Shown here: positions 44,591 to 61,977 of the stretch, piece by piece
Numbering within the stretch: the first letter of the stretch is position 1
Layout: every line of letters starts with the position of its first letter
NCBI GenBank assembly: GCA_002104945.1
Contig: MCFH01000030.1
Coordinates: forward strand, 62,001 to 126,000
DNA length: 64,000 nt
Direction of reading: 5' to 3'
Origin: Piromyces finnis finn
Taxonomy: Eukaryota; Fungi; Neocallimastigomycota
Notes under the pieces: model-generated
What the model was told of the DNA's origin: nothing
Seen by the model: only the letters and a program-made list of their open reading frames with translations
Databases searched by the model: none
Program-made: the position numbers and the translations under genes

Positions 44591-47500
44591 CAATATTTCA
44601 AATATTTTATATTATATTAACATACATATTAATAATTTTAATGATAAGGTTTAGCAAAAATATACTCTCAACAATTAACCGGCCAATATTTTGAGGGAAT
44701 ATGGTATTACATATTATTTATATAATAATTTAATTTCTTTATAATATAATTGTAATTAATTAAATTAAATATTATATTATATTAAACATATTAAATATCA
44801 TTCATAATTATTTATTTGGCCTATTCATTTAAAAAATATTATTTTAATAGGCATACTTCAATTGTAGTATATGGAATAGAATATTATTATGCTTCGGGAA
44901 TTCAAACAGCTATCCCAGTATGTTAATATTTAAAAAGGATAATATGATAATAAATTTATTACTCATTACTGAAATTTAAATTTTAACAATTATTTTGATT
45001 AACAGGGTCAGACCCATCATGGTCAACCATATAAAACGTTTGATTTAGGTGAAACCTTTATACCAAAGGAAGTATTTTTAGAATTTTTACAAGATATTTC
45101 ACCAAGATATACGTAAATATTAAATTATGAAAATAAATACATTTATATGTCTTTATATATTGATTATTCATTTAATACAATATTATTTAAAAATAACAAA
45201 ATATTTTTAAAAGTGAGGCAACATATGATTTATTCGAAAATAATTGTAATAAGTACGTAAATAATAATTATAAACATTATGAAATGATGTATATAAATTT
45301 ATATTAATATTAAACATTATAAATTGATTTAAAGCTTTTCAAATGAAGTAAGCCAATTTTTGACAGGAAAAAAAATCCCAGAATTTATTAATAATCTTCC
45401 AAAAGATGCTTTAAATACGTAAATATATCAACATACTATCATATACACTAATGTGACATATAAAAGATGTAATATTATTATTTGGACATATAAATTAATT
45501 CTCAATTATAATATAAATATAAATAATATAACCATAAAATCAAATAATATTAGACCATTGGGTCCAATTGTAAGACAATTTTCACAATCTATTGCTAATC
45601 AAATAAATAATCCTGAATCAAATGGTGACACATATGGTGTAATTCAAAATGGAATTCAAAATTTAGCTTCTGCTACTAGTAACAATAATGATAATGTTAT
45701 AGCAAATCTTCTTGGAAATATTGGAAGATCTGATAATTCCCATGCAACAAATCCAACTTTATTACCATCAAATATAATTAAGCCAGAATCTGATGATATA
45801 AATTTAAATATTAGAACCATAAAAAAACTATCCGAACTTAATGAAATAATAAAAAATCATAGTTTTATTATTATTGATTTTACAATGGCTAGATGCCCAC
45901 CATGTCAGGCAATAGCACCAATTTTTTCCAAAATGTTAAATGATAGGTTAACTGATAAGAATTACCAAGAAACTTGTCCGGTGCCAAATTTTGTTGCTCT
46001 TAAAATTGATATTAATCAATGTGAACAGCTAATTCCACAATATTATGGTATATCAGCAACTCCAACATTTACATTCATGAAGAATGGAAAAGAAGTAATT
46101 AATACATTATTTATTTATTATTAAAATAACAAAAAAAAAAAAAAAAAAAAAAAAAAATAAAAAATATATATAAATATAATAAAAGATATCACTATTATAA
46201 TATATTAATATTAAAACTTAATATTTATTTATTTACAATAGATAGGTCGTGTTGTTGGTGCTAATAAAAATGAAATTGAAAAAAGAATGGATGAAATATT
46301 TAAGGAAGTCAAAAATTGTAGGATATATTATAATTATAAACGATAATACCAAATATATAAAAATCTAATATTAAAATTTATTATAGCAAAACCATGCATA
46401 AAAATTAATATGCAAGATAGAGCTATTCCATTAGAACATAATATATTTAATCAAGCTAATGTTCTTGATAATGCAATTAAAAACCTAAAGATTTCACTTC
46501 TTACAAGTAATAAAGTTGAACAAAATGAATGGGATTCATTAATGGAAATTGAAGATTATTTAAACGATAAACCTGACTCAACTCCTATTCTTTCTGATAA
46601 ATGTGCAGATATTATTAGTAAGTACCAAATATCGTTATAAATAATATAATTTAATAAAAAGTGTTTTAGAATTTTTAAAAACTAATATTATGTTCTAATG
46701 TATACATTTATAATAGAAAAGTCTATAGATTTATTAGATGATAATGAGATTATACCTCTTCTCGAATTAATAAATAAATTAAGTTTGAATAGTAAAATCA
46801 AAGCATCTTTTGTAACAAGAAAAGGTATATTAATATATAAATGTTTATTATTTTTTTAATTATAGAAAAATTTGAAAACTAAAACAATTTTTAATAAATC
46901 TATTATTTTTTTTAGATAAAATTATAATAAAATTAGTAGAAAAATACAGTGATAATAAAAAAACCGAGATTCAAACATTTTTATTGAAAATTGTAATTTA
47001 ATTTTTTATATTATGTAATTTAAAAAATTAATTAAAATACTAACATTTATAATGTAATATATAAAAATTTCCCATTTTTAAAGTTATGTAATTGGTGTAA
47101 TGAACTTGAACCTGTTAGATATTTATTAAGTGATATTCCGTATGAGAATAATAATAATAAATCACTATTTATTAATTATTTAACAAATTCTTTATTATCG
47201 GAAAATGAAGAAATAGTAATTATGGCACTTAAGTTGTTGAATAATATTTCATTATTTAAACTATACATAAATATTGATGATGAAGAAAGAGATATTAACA
47301 TCATTAGTTCGATTGTTCAACTTTTACAGAATAAAGAAATATTAAAAACATCAGGTTTGTCAAATTTTTATATTATCTATTTTTGAATATATATTAAATT
47401 TAAGTTATTAATTATCTTTTTATTTATTTATTACATTAATAAAAGTTACAACAATTTTATCATCCTTTTATCTTAATATTTTTGAAAATCAACAATCATC

Positions 47501-47672
47501 TATTCCTGAGTTATTAAATGTATTTGATATTAAATCCATTATTAATAATATTATAAAATCTTTTGACGAAGAAATTAAATCTATAAAAGATGTAAATATT
47601 AAAAAAGAAAAAGAGTTATTAAGAGATTTATGCTTTAGAATTATCGCAATGGTTGATTATATTCAAAATTAG
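44496..47672 (+). CDS. PPPDE (DeSI-1-like) peptidase - thioredoxin - PUL domain fusion; multi-exon
   Basis: MASEKVTLYLYDLSRG|LAK..EGIW|HTSIVVYGIEYYY..|GQTHHGQP..YT|EATYDLFENNCN|NFSNEVSQFLTGKKIPEFI (His/Cys dyad); Trx IIDFTMARCPPCQAIAP..ISATPTF; helical C-terminus with IIPLLELI and KIMCNW, consistent with PUL. Confidence 0.85.
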
Positions 47673-48010
47673 ATTTAAAAATCTCTTTATATTTTAGTAT
47701 TTTATTATATTTATCAATTTACCAAAATTAATCTATTAATAAAAAATAATAAATATATTTTAGATATAAATGAATTATAGAATGTTTTATAAAATGATAG
47801 AATTAATTATATTTTAATAATAGTAAAAGAAATATAATAGTACTTTAAAAATTTTATTTAATAAATTAAATGTCATTTATTTTTAAATAATTTATTATTT
47901 TTAATAAAAAATAAAGTTTTTTGAATAAAATTTTTAAAGCTATATAATAATATTTTGTAATTTTTTTATTTAATTTTCATAATTCAGAAGAGTTTTATTT
48001 TTATAATAAA

Positions 48011-50946
48011 ATGAAAAAGAAAAAAATAAGTGCAAAAGAAATTATTAATGTTAAAGAAAATAAAAGTGAAAAAAAAGATAATAATAAAAATAATAGTAAA
48101 AACGAGACAAAAATGAAAAATAAAAGTGGTAATAGTATAAATATTTCAAAAACAAAATTAAAAACATTAAATGATGACAAAAAAAAAAAAAAGATTGAAG
48201 ATGTTATAAAAAGGAAAAAATTAGATTCCTTGAAAAAAAAACTTAATGAATATACAAAGGAAAAACTAATTGAAAAATACAATGAAACAAAATTAAAAGA
48301 AAAAATGGAAAGAACTAAGAATGAAATATTTAAAACAACAAATAATGTTGGACTAAAATCTATTATTAACAATGAGGATAATAGTATGTTTGAAAATAGT
48401 ATTTATAGTGACAATGGAAATGAATATGGAAGTGAATTTAATAAAATTCTAGAGACTACAGATGAATACTTAGATATATCTAGTATTGATATTAATTCAA
48501 AATTCAATGACAATTCTTACATGGAAAAAAGTTCAGAATTGATATCTGATTTGGATTCAAATATATTTTCTTCAATAGCATCAGTAAATATTGATTCATC
48601 AATATCTTCATCTCCAACAAAAAAAGAGACTTCTTTAATTAAAAAACTTTACAAACAATCCACATCAAAATCAGAATCTTCTTCAAAAAATAAACTATCT
48701 CCAAAAAATAAATCTTTTAATAAATCTGAAGTTAATGAATATATTAGAATTGATAATTCGACAATTCAGGCATATATTCATTTTTGTAAAAAAGTTTCTA
48801 TATCCTTAAATGACTCTTATTTCCAATTTATTGTTGAAAATTTATCAAAAACTCAAATCAATTCCTTTTTATATATTAAAACACCAAAAAATACAAGTTT
48901 GACAACTATCAATTCTAGTAATCCTTATAATAATAAATTAAATTCATATTACGATAATAGTAATGAGGTAATAGTAAATAGTGGAACTTCTGGATTCAAA
49001 GGTAGACAATTATTCATGTATAACCCGTATGTAAAAAAGCATAATGAAAAGAAATAAAATAAATTAAAAAAATAAATATAATTAATCGATTAATTATTAT
49101 TTTTATTTTATTGCAAATGGTTATATAATAAAAATCAATATAATGATATGAAAAATATGGATTTTTTTAATAAAAAAGTATTAAATCAAAAAAACCGAGA
49201 ATACCATTAGAGAAATTGCGAAAATTAAAAAATCTTCAGCAATTAAGAGTAAAGTAAGTCTATCAATAATTTTACAAAAATGAATATAAAATTCTTCAAA
49301 TTAGATAGTTATTAATTAAATATTTTATAATATTATATTTATATAAAATTATATACACCAATTAATATGAATAGATTTATTAATAGTTTATTATCATATA
49401 ACGAAAATTTATCACGATTGAAACAACTGTATATTTTATATATAAGCATAATAAAATAAAAAAGCATAATTAAATATTATTTTATATTTATAATATCTTT
49501 TGTTTTATTAATATTTTAACATTAACATAGTCAAAAAGACTATAAGGAATTAGTAAAAACGAAAAAGACTCTCGAAATAATAATGGTAATTGTTTTTATA
49601 TTATTATGGCTTTTTTATTTTTATTAATTAATATTAAAAAAAATGTATTAAATGTAATAAATTAAACAATGTTAAAAATATAAAAGAATAAAAAAATTGG
49701 AAAATTAATCGGTGAACTTGATTATTTGACAAATGATATAGATGAATATAATTCTACAAAAGTACAACAAAGGAATAAACTTGAAATTCAATATAACAAT
49801 TTTGCAAAAGAAATAGAGAAAAACATCATAGGTAGAATGCTAATATTATAGTTTATACTAATAAATAATATTTATATATAATTACTAAAAGTAATTATAT
49901 TTAATAAAATTACTTTTATCAGAATTAGATATTATTCATTATAAAAAAAAAAAAGAATATGATAATATATTAAAAGAATTACAACAATTAAAACAATTTG
50001 AGGTTTGTGAAAATAAGATTATAGTAATATCTATATTTAATTAAGTACATTATTTAATGTATGATATTTTTATTATGAAATTAATAATTATCAAAGGAAA
50101 AAATAAATTCACATCCAGAAATACTAATTAAAGAAATAGAAATACTTAATGATAAAATAAAAGAAAATGAAGAAAATTACCAAAATGAATTAAAAAGAAT
50201 GGAACTTCGAGAAAAATTTAAAGAAAAAGAAATGGAGGAATTAAAGCATCATAATATAAATTATCTTATATTAGAATCCTATAGTGTAAAACTTAATTTA
50301 AATTTATACCTTTTTTTATCTTTCTTATATATTGAAACTTTTTTTTTTTTAAATATTTTATTTTTTAATTATGTAATTTAAATAATTTTTTATTATACAA
50401 TCTAAGCATGTTTCACCAAAAATTATAGATAGATATATTGATAGAGTTGAAGAACATAAACGATTATGTTATGAAAATCATATACAAAATGAGTTCCAAA
50501 GTAATTTAAAAAGAGATATTGAAAAATTAAAAAAAGAAAATGAAGATTTAAAGAGAAATAATATGAGAGCTACAAATTTATTTGAAAAAATTGTATATAA
50601 AAACCAACTAAAATGTTCACCAAATGAAACTTATAAATTCGAGAGTGATAATAAAAACAATACATCTATAAATAAAAGGCAAATTTTATTGAACAAAATA
50701 AAGTTTATGAAAAATCAAGAAATAGCAGATAAAAAACTAACATCTGAAAGTGGAATTATACCTGGTCTCTCGCCACTAAAACAAGAAATTTTTGATGGAA
50801 TTAATAAATTTTTAAATAATGATAACAATATTATTTATAATAATAACGATGTAATAAATAGTGTAAATGAAAAAGTAAATCTAAAGGAGCAATATATTTA
50901 TAAAAATTCTAATTCAAATAACTCAAATAATATTATTCAGTCATGA
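48011..50946 (+). CDS. Hypothetical coiled-coil protein with a Lys/Ser-rich N-terminus; possible DUF4515 (CCDC83/121/166-like) region; multi-exon
   Basis: The long first exon joins via GTATGT (~49026) to a series of in-phase exons: IKSKKPRIPLEKL.., FINSLLSYNENLSRLKQL, QKDYKELVK.., ELDIIHYKKKKEYDNILKELQQLKQFE, EILIKEIEILNDKI.., DIEKLKKENEDLK. The family call is weak. Confidence 0.6.
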
Positions 50947-51681
50947 TATAAATACATATTATGTTGTTAAATTGTTTTATCAAACAATAAAATTTTTTAT
51001 AGACTTTATATTCAATATAAAAACTATACTATTATACATTTTAATACATTCTATTACTTTCTGTAATTATGATACTTTTATTATCTGTACTGTTAATTAA
51101 GGATACCTTTAAAATGTTATAATTTAATAGCTATTCATTGCTATCCATTACAAATATAAAAGAGTATTTTATATTTAATATGTATTTTTTATTAATTTTT
51201 TAATCGATTAAAAAAAAAATTAATAAAAATTTTTATTAAATAATTTTTTTTTTTTTTTTAAAAAAAAAAAGAATTTTAATTATTTAAAATTCAAACAAAA
51301 ATTCAAATTGAAATTGAAATTTAAATAAATATACAAATTAAATTTGAAGCCTGTTTTGTTCATTTAATCATTTATTTTATTTTTGTTATACATTATTATA
51401 ATTAATTAATAATAATTAATAAAAATAAAGCTTCCTTTTATTATTTATATTTTTTTATTTAAATTAAATTTAAATGAATTTAAATTAAATATTTCATTAT
51501 TTAGTTTTACTAATTTAAATCAATGTATTTAAAGAATTTGTATATAAATATTCCATTTAAAAGGAATTTATTAACGTTCATAACCAGTTTTTAAATTTTA
51601 TTTTATTAATATTTAAATATTTATTAGAATATATAAAACAATTTTGGAAAGAATATAGAGAATTTAATTATTTATAGAAAA

Positions 51682-55634
<3,953 letters not shown>

Positions 55635-55991
55635 ATATATCGCCTTTTTTATTTATTTATTTATTTATTTAAGCATATCTATTAATATTTTAATTAGAAA
55701 AATAGCTATGAAAATTAATAAAATTTTTATATTCAATAATTTATTTTATTTATTTCACAAGCATTATTTAAAAGTATTACACAAATAAAATTAAACATAA
55801 TTAATTTATTATAAAAGATAAAAAACCAAAAACAAAAACAAAAACAAAAAAAATATAGATAACAATTAATGATAATTTATACTAATAGTTTATTTATGAA
55901 ATGACTTTAATGGTTTTATATTTTTTTTTATAAATTTCTAATCTTAAGTATCAAAATATTTTAAACTTGAAAATATATGTAAATCAAATTA

Positions 55992-58108
55992 TTATGGTTT
56001 TGCAGCTACCAAACCAGCTGGATTTGTAGCTGTTTTTCCATTCATAATTAATGGTTTAAATCCTAAATCTTCTACAGGTATAGAAAACTCAGCTAATTTA
56101 GCTTCATAAACTCTTATCATATCGTTGTGAGCCTAATAAATTTTATAGAAATTAAAAAATATATGTTAGATAAATATACAAATTTTTTATTTTTAATATA
56201 ATTGAAAATAAAATTTAATAATTTAAAAATATCAACAATAGAGGCAATATGCACAATTATATTTATTAAATTTAATTTGTTCAAACATACCTTTGTAACT
56301 TTAGCCAAATCATATTGAAGTTCTTTAATTACATTATTTTTACTTTCTAATAACTCTTCTAATTTATTTGTTAAATTAGCAACTGCTGTTGGATTGGCAT
56401 TGGTTGCTTTCAAAACCTCTGTTAATTGAATATCTTTCTTTTCAAGATTTTCTTTCAAACTATCAACCTTATTTTCTAATATCTATGTTATTTTAATTAA
56501 AAAATGATTATGAAGATTAAAATCAAAAAATTTAAATATTTAATAAATATATAATAATTTATTCCATACAATATTCTTGAGTCCTGATTTTTGCTGAACA
56601 CTTATAATTCTCTTAATAAATTGATTATATAATTCATCTCTTTCTTTTTCAACCTGAGTAAATCTTTGTTCTAATACTTCGTGTTCCCAAAGTAACTGTT
56701 TATGATTTTCTTCCAAAACCTTCAATCTAGCTTTTGTATCATGAAGTGACACTTTATCCTTTTGATAGTTTGTCAATTCTTTTTTTAATGATTCGCCTTC
56801 TGCTAATGCCACTTGCAATGGTTCTGTTAATCTTTTATTTTCTGATGTAATATCTGTCATTAATTTTTCATTACGTTCTTCTTTCTTTTTCATTTCTTCT
56901 AATTGTTCCTTTTATATAATAATAAGTAATAATAATAATATTAATACATATAGTTAAATGTTTTTAATAAATAAAATTAATTTTTTCATACTTTTAATGA
57001 ATTGATTAAGGCTAGATTATTTAATGTAATATCATTATAATAATTTTTAATTTCTGTAAAAGCTTTATGATGATTTTTCATTAAAGCATTAATTTGACCA
57101 TTTTTTCTTTCTTCAATTTCATGAACTTCATTCTTTCTTTTTAGTTCCAATTCATCTCTTATAACTTTTAATTTTTTTTCATATTTAGAATGCAGTTCTT
57201 TACTTTTTCTTTCAAAATCAGATCTTATTTTTGTAATATCCTGATCTTGTTTTTGTTTAAGACTTTTAATTATATCTTCATGAGATAATTCAAATTCTTT
57301 TAATTCTAATTTTAATGCTCTCTTATCCTTTTTAAGTTGTAATTCACGATTCTGATGCTCTTCTTGATCTATTTGTAGTGCTCTTTCTGAATCAGTTTGC
57401 AGATGCGCCACATTGTTCTGATATTCATACAATAGATGTTTTACTTTTTGTTTATACACCTATTTATTTAATATTATAATTTATATTTGATTTTATTTTT
57501 GAAAATATATCATTGATATAAGAATAAAAATATAGAGTTTATTAATTAATATGTAAATATACGCAATAATAAATATAAATAATAATAAATAATGAAAAAG
57601 AAAAATACCTTTATTTCAACTTTATACTTTTCTTCAAGTTCTTCTAATTCTCTATCTTTATTTAATAATTCTGCTTTTGCTTCCTCTAATTTATTTTTTG
57701 ATATTTCCCAAAATTGTTTTATTTTATCCTACATACATGATAATAATATTAGATAACAATTAAAAAATATAAATATATATATTAATATTACTTGAATTTA
57801 CAATAAATTTTTGAATTATATTAATATTAATTTTACTTTTTCTAATTGAAAATGGTTTCTTTCATTTTTTTCATTTGCCAATTCATCTTGAAGTTGAATA
57901 ACTTGTTCTTGAAGCATTTCTAATGAAAGAACATTATTATCTTCTCCAACATTTTTTTTTCCTTTTCCTTTGGCACTCTTTTTTTTTCCTTTTTTAGATG
58001 ACTATAAAAATTAATTTATATTAGTGTCCCCTTTCAAATATTTATTTATTTATTTTACTTTTCAATATTATTTATTTTACTTTTCAATAGAAACATTAAC
58101 ATTACCAT
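55992..58108 (-). CDS. GAS8: Growth arrest-specific 8 / dynein regulatory complex subunit 4 (DRC4); ATG-only first exon
   Basis: M|[33 protein letters not shown]|[10 protein letters not shown]..|[62 protein letters not shown]|..ENKRLTEPL..|[28 protein letters not shown]. Confidence 0.96.
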
Positions 58109-58806
58109 ATTTAAAGAACTTTTATAAAAAAAGATAAATTAAATTTTATTAAAATAAAAATTAAATAAAAAAAATATATATATATATTATGTTTTTTTCT
58201 TTTTTTATCTCTCTTTTATATTATTATTAAAGTTTATTTTTATCTTTTTGATGATTTATAATAAGAAACTTTAATAAATAATAATATCTATTTTTTAATT
58301 GATAGTGAATAATATAATTTGTCTACTCCGAAAACCTAAATTATAACAATCTTAATTATTAAATTTAAAATTCAAAATTTAAAAAAATTATAATAATTCT
58401 ATACAATATCCATTATTTTTTCCTTTCTATTTATTCATAAATAGAATATCCTATTTGATTAAAAATTTATTAAATACTTGTTACACAATATCAATCTTTT
58501 TAAAAATGAAAAAATAAAAAACTGAAAAAAAAAAAAAAAACACAAATTTTATTATCTTTTTACTATTTATTTATAATTTTTTTTTATTTTTACAAAAAAA
58601 AAAAAAAAGTACTTTAATATTAATTTTTTTGCTTGTTTATTTTTTTTGTTTATATTTATATTTAAATTATAATTGTTTTTTTTTTGTCTCTTGTAATTAT
58701 ATTTCTAAATAGTACATTTTTTATAATTTATTAAAATGTTTAAATATATTTACTTTGTTTTCATGTTTTCTTTTAAATATTTATTTACGTTTTTTTTTTA
58801 AAAAAT

Positions 58807-61800
58807 TTACCATTGAGCATTCTTCTTAGCTTCTTCTTCTTTTTGCTTTTGAAGGTTAGCAATCATATTTAAGGCAGAACCAGCCTTGAACCATTCAATT
58901 TGGTCAACACTCATAGTGTGATTTAATGGAATATCAAATTCTTCACCATTCTTTAATACAACATGCATAGCTAATTCACTACCTGGAGCAAGAGTAGTAA
59001 CACCCTTAGTAGAAATGATAGCTCCTTCAGTAACCTTATCATAATCATCTGGGTTAGCGAAAGTAGCTGGAAGAATACCTTGCTTCTTTAAGTTAGTTTC
59101 GTGAATACGAGCAAATGATCTAGCAACAATAAACTTACAACCTAAGTATCTTGGTTGCATAGCAGCATGTTCACGGGCAGAACCTTCACCATAGTTAGTA
59201 TCAGTAATAACCATCCATGGAACATTGTTAGCTCTGTAAGCAGCTCCAACATTTGGAATAGTATCATATTGGCCAGTAAGTTCATTTAAGACAGAGTTAG
59301 TTTCACCATTGAAATCGTTAACAGCACGCATTAAAGTGTTGGTAGCAATGTTAGAAAGATGACCCTTGTACTTTAACCATTTACCGGCAGCACTAATGTG
59401 ATCGGTGGTACATTTACCTCTAACCTTAACTAAAACCTTAAGATTTTCGAATTCCTTATTATCCCATGGTTGGAATGGTTCTAAGAGTTCTAAACGTTGA
59501 GATTCTGGGTTAACCTTAATAACAACTTCTGGTTGTGGGTCTGGGCGGTATGGTGGTGGTTGATAAACAGCACGACCACCGTTGAATCCACGTTCTGGGA
59601 GATCGAAACCACGTGGTGGTTCTAATTTGAATGGCTTACCTTCACCATCTAATAAAGTATCAGTAACTGGATTGAAAGTTAACTTACCACCAAAGGCAAT
59701 AGCGGTAACAATATCTGGAGAAGCTAAGAAGTTCATAGTTTTTGGGAAACCATCATTACGGGAACGGAAGTTACGGTTGAAGGAGGTAAGAATTGAGTTT
59801 TCTTGATCTTCAGTGATATCTTCACGGTTCCATTGACCAATACATGGACCACAAGCATTAGCAAGAATGGTACCACCAACAGATTCGAAAACGGAAGCAA
59901 CACCATCTCTAGTGATAGTAGCTCTTACTTGTTCAGAACCTGGAGCAATGAAGAAGTCAGCCTTTGTGGTATTGATACCATGTTCCTTAGCTTGTTTAAC
60001 AATAGAGGCAGCACGAGTCATATCTTCATAAGAACTGTTAGTACAACTACCGATCATACAAACCTTAACTTCATCCTTGTATCCTCTTTCAGCGACGATT
60101 TCCTTAGCCTTAGATAATGGAATAGCAGCATCTGGAGTGAATGGACCATTCATGTGTGGTTCAACTTTAGAAAGATCAATTTCAATAACCTTATCGTATT
60201 GACAACCTTCATCAGCACAAAGGAAAGTATCAGCAATCTTATCAGCAAGATCAGCAACATGAGCTCTGTTAGTAAGTCTTAAGTAACGAGCCATAGCTGG
60301 AGAGTATGGGAAAGTAGAAGTAGTAGCACCAAGTTCAGCACCCATGTTACAGATAGTAGCCATACCAGTGCAAGATAAAGTTTCACAACCTGGACCAAAG
60401 TATTCCATAATATGACCAGTACCACCCTATAATTTATATAATAATTTTATAAAATAAAATTTTAAAATTAATCATTATTTATATTATTTTTTCTTCCATT
60501 TACATTAAAAATGAACAAACAATTAATAATTTTCTTTTATGCTTCTCTTATATTAAAAAAAATTTTATTAATATTTACTGAAACAGTAAGTTTTCCTAAG
60601 ATAGTTAAAATAACATCCTTTGGAGAAGCCCAACCGTTTAATTGTCCAGTAAGATGAACACCAATAATCTTTGGAGCCTTTAATTCCCAAGCAATATCAC
60701 TCATAGCATCAACAGCATCAGCACCACCAACACCAATGGCAATCATACCTAAACCACCAGCATTTGGAGTGTGACTATCTATTAAATTATTAAATTAATT
60801 TTTTATTTTCAATATTTTAAATTAATATTAATGTTATAATACAGTATTATAAAAAAAAATACAAATTAAATATTAATAATATGAATATATTCCGAACATA
60901 TATATATTTATTTATTATTACTATATGTTTAATAAAATAATATATTAATTAATTTAATATTAAAAACACTTACCAGTTCCGAGCATTAAACCACCTGGAG
61001 CAGCATAGTTTTCTAATACAATTTGGTGAATAATACCAGTACCTGGTTTCCAGAAACTGATACCATATTTGGAAGCAGCATCATGTAAGAAATCGAAGAT
61101 TTCACTGTTATTTTGAATAGATGTAGCAACATCAGCATCACCACCTTTGTGACCACGAATTAAGTGATCACAATGAATACTGGTTGGGACAGCAGTAGTC
61201 TTCATACCGGATAACATGAATTGAAGGATAGCCATTTGAGCACTAGCATCTATTTATATTATTTTAAATTTAATTATTATTTTTATTTTTTATTTAATGA
61301 ACGAAAAAAATTACAGTTTTTTTTTCATTTTAAAATAATAGTATTTGATTTAAATTATACCTTGCATAGCAACACGGTCTATTAAAAATTAGATTATTTT
61401 AATTTAATATTAGAAATTCAAAATAAAATTAACATTTATTAATAAATAATTAATACTGTTATATTTCTTTAATTTATTTCTATTTCTATTTTTAGTTGTT
61501 TTATTGTATTACCTGGCTTTAACTTTAAGTAAGTTTCTCCACGAACTGGAATTTGATTTGGATCTTCTAAATGAGAGTAAATGTACTTTTCAGCCATAGT
61601 TAATGGACGATTTAAATTTTTTCTAACAATTTCGAGATTTTTCATTAACTTTTCGTATGGTGGAACAACAGTCATGGATGGTGGTTGTGGAACAAATTCT
61701 TGTTCATTGTCATTTGGGACCATGGTGCACATACCACCATTACATTGCATAGTACAATCCTTTTTATTATTTTATATTTATATTAAAATTTATATATGTT

Positions 61801-61977
61801 GCATATACATTTAATTAACGTAAGTATACAATAAAGTATATATATAATTTTTTATAACTAATAAACTATTATTAAATTTCAAATAATAATGGAATTATTT
61901 TTTTATTATTATTATTTTTCAATCTATAATTTTCAATAGTAAATATTTTTAAATATTATCCTTACTTGGCAACTCAT
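58807..61977 (-). CDS. ACO2: Aconitate hydratase, mitochondrial-type family, Aco2/AcoB clade; 6 exons
   Basis: PLTMAEK, P|DRVAMQ|[16 protein letters not shown]|DSHT, [4Fe-4S] ligands [10 protein letters not shown] and [46 protein letters not shown]. The [13 protein letters not shown] and HISAAG variants are the Aco2-type rather than Aco1-type forms. Confidence 0.95.
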
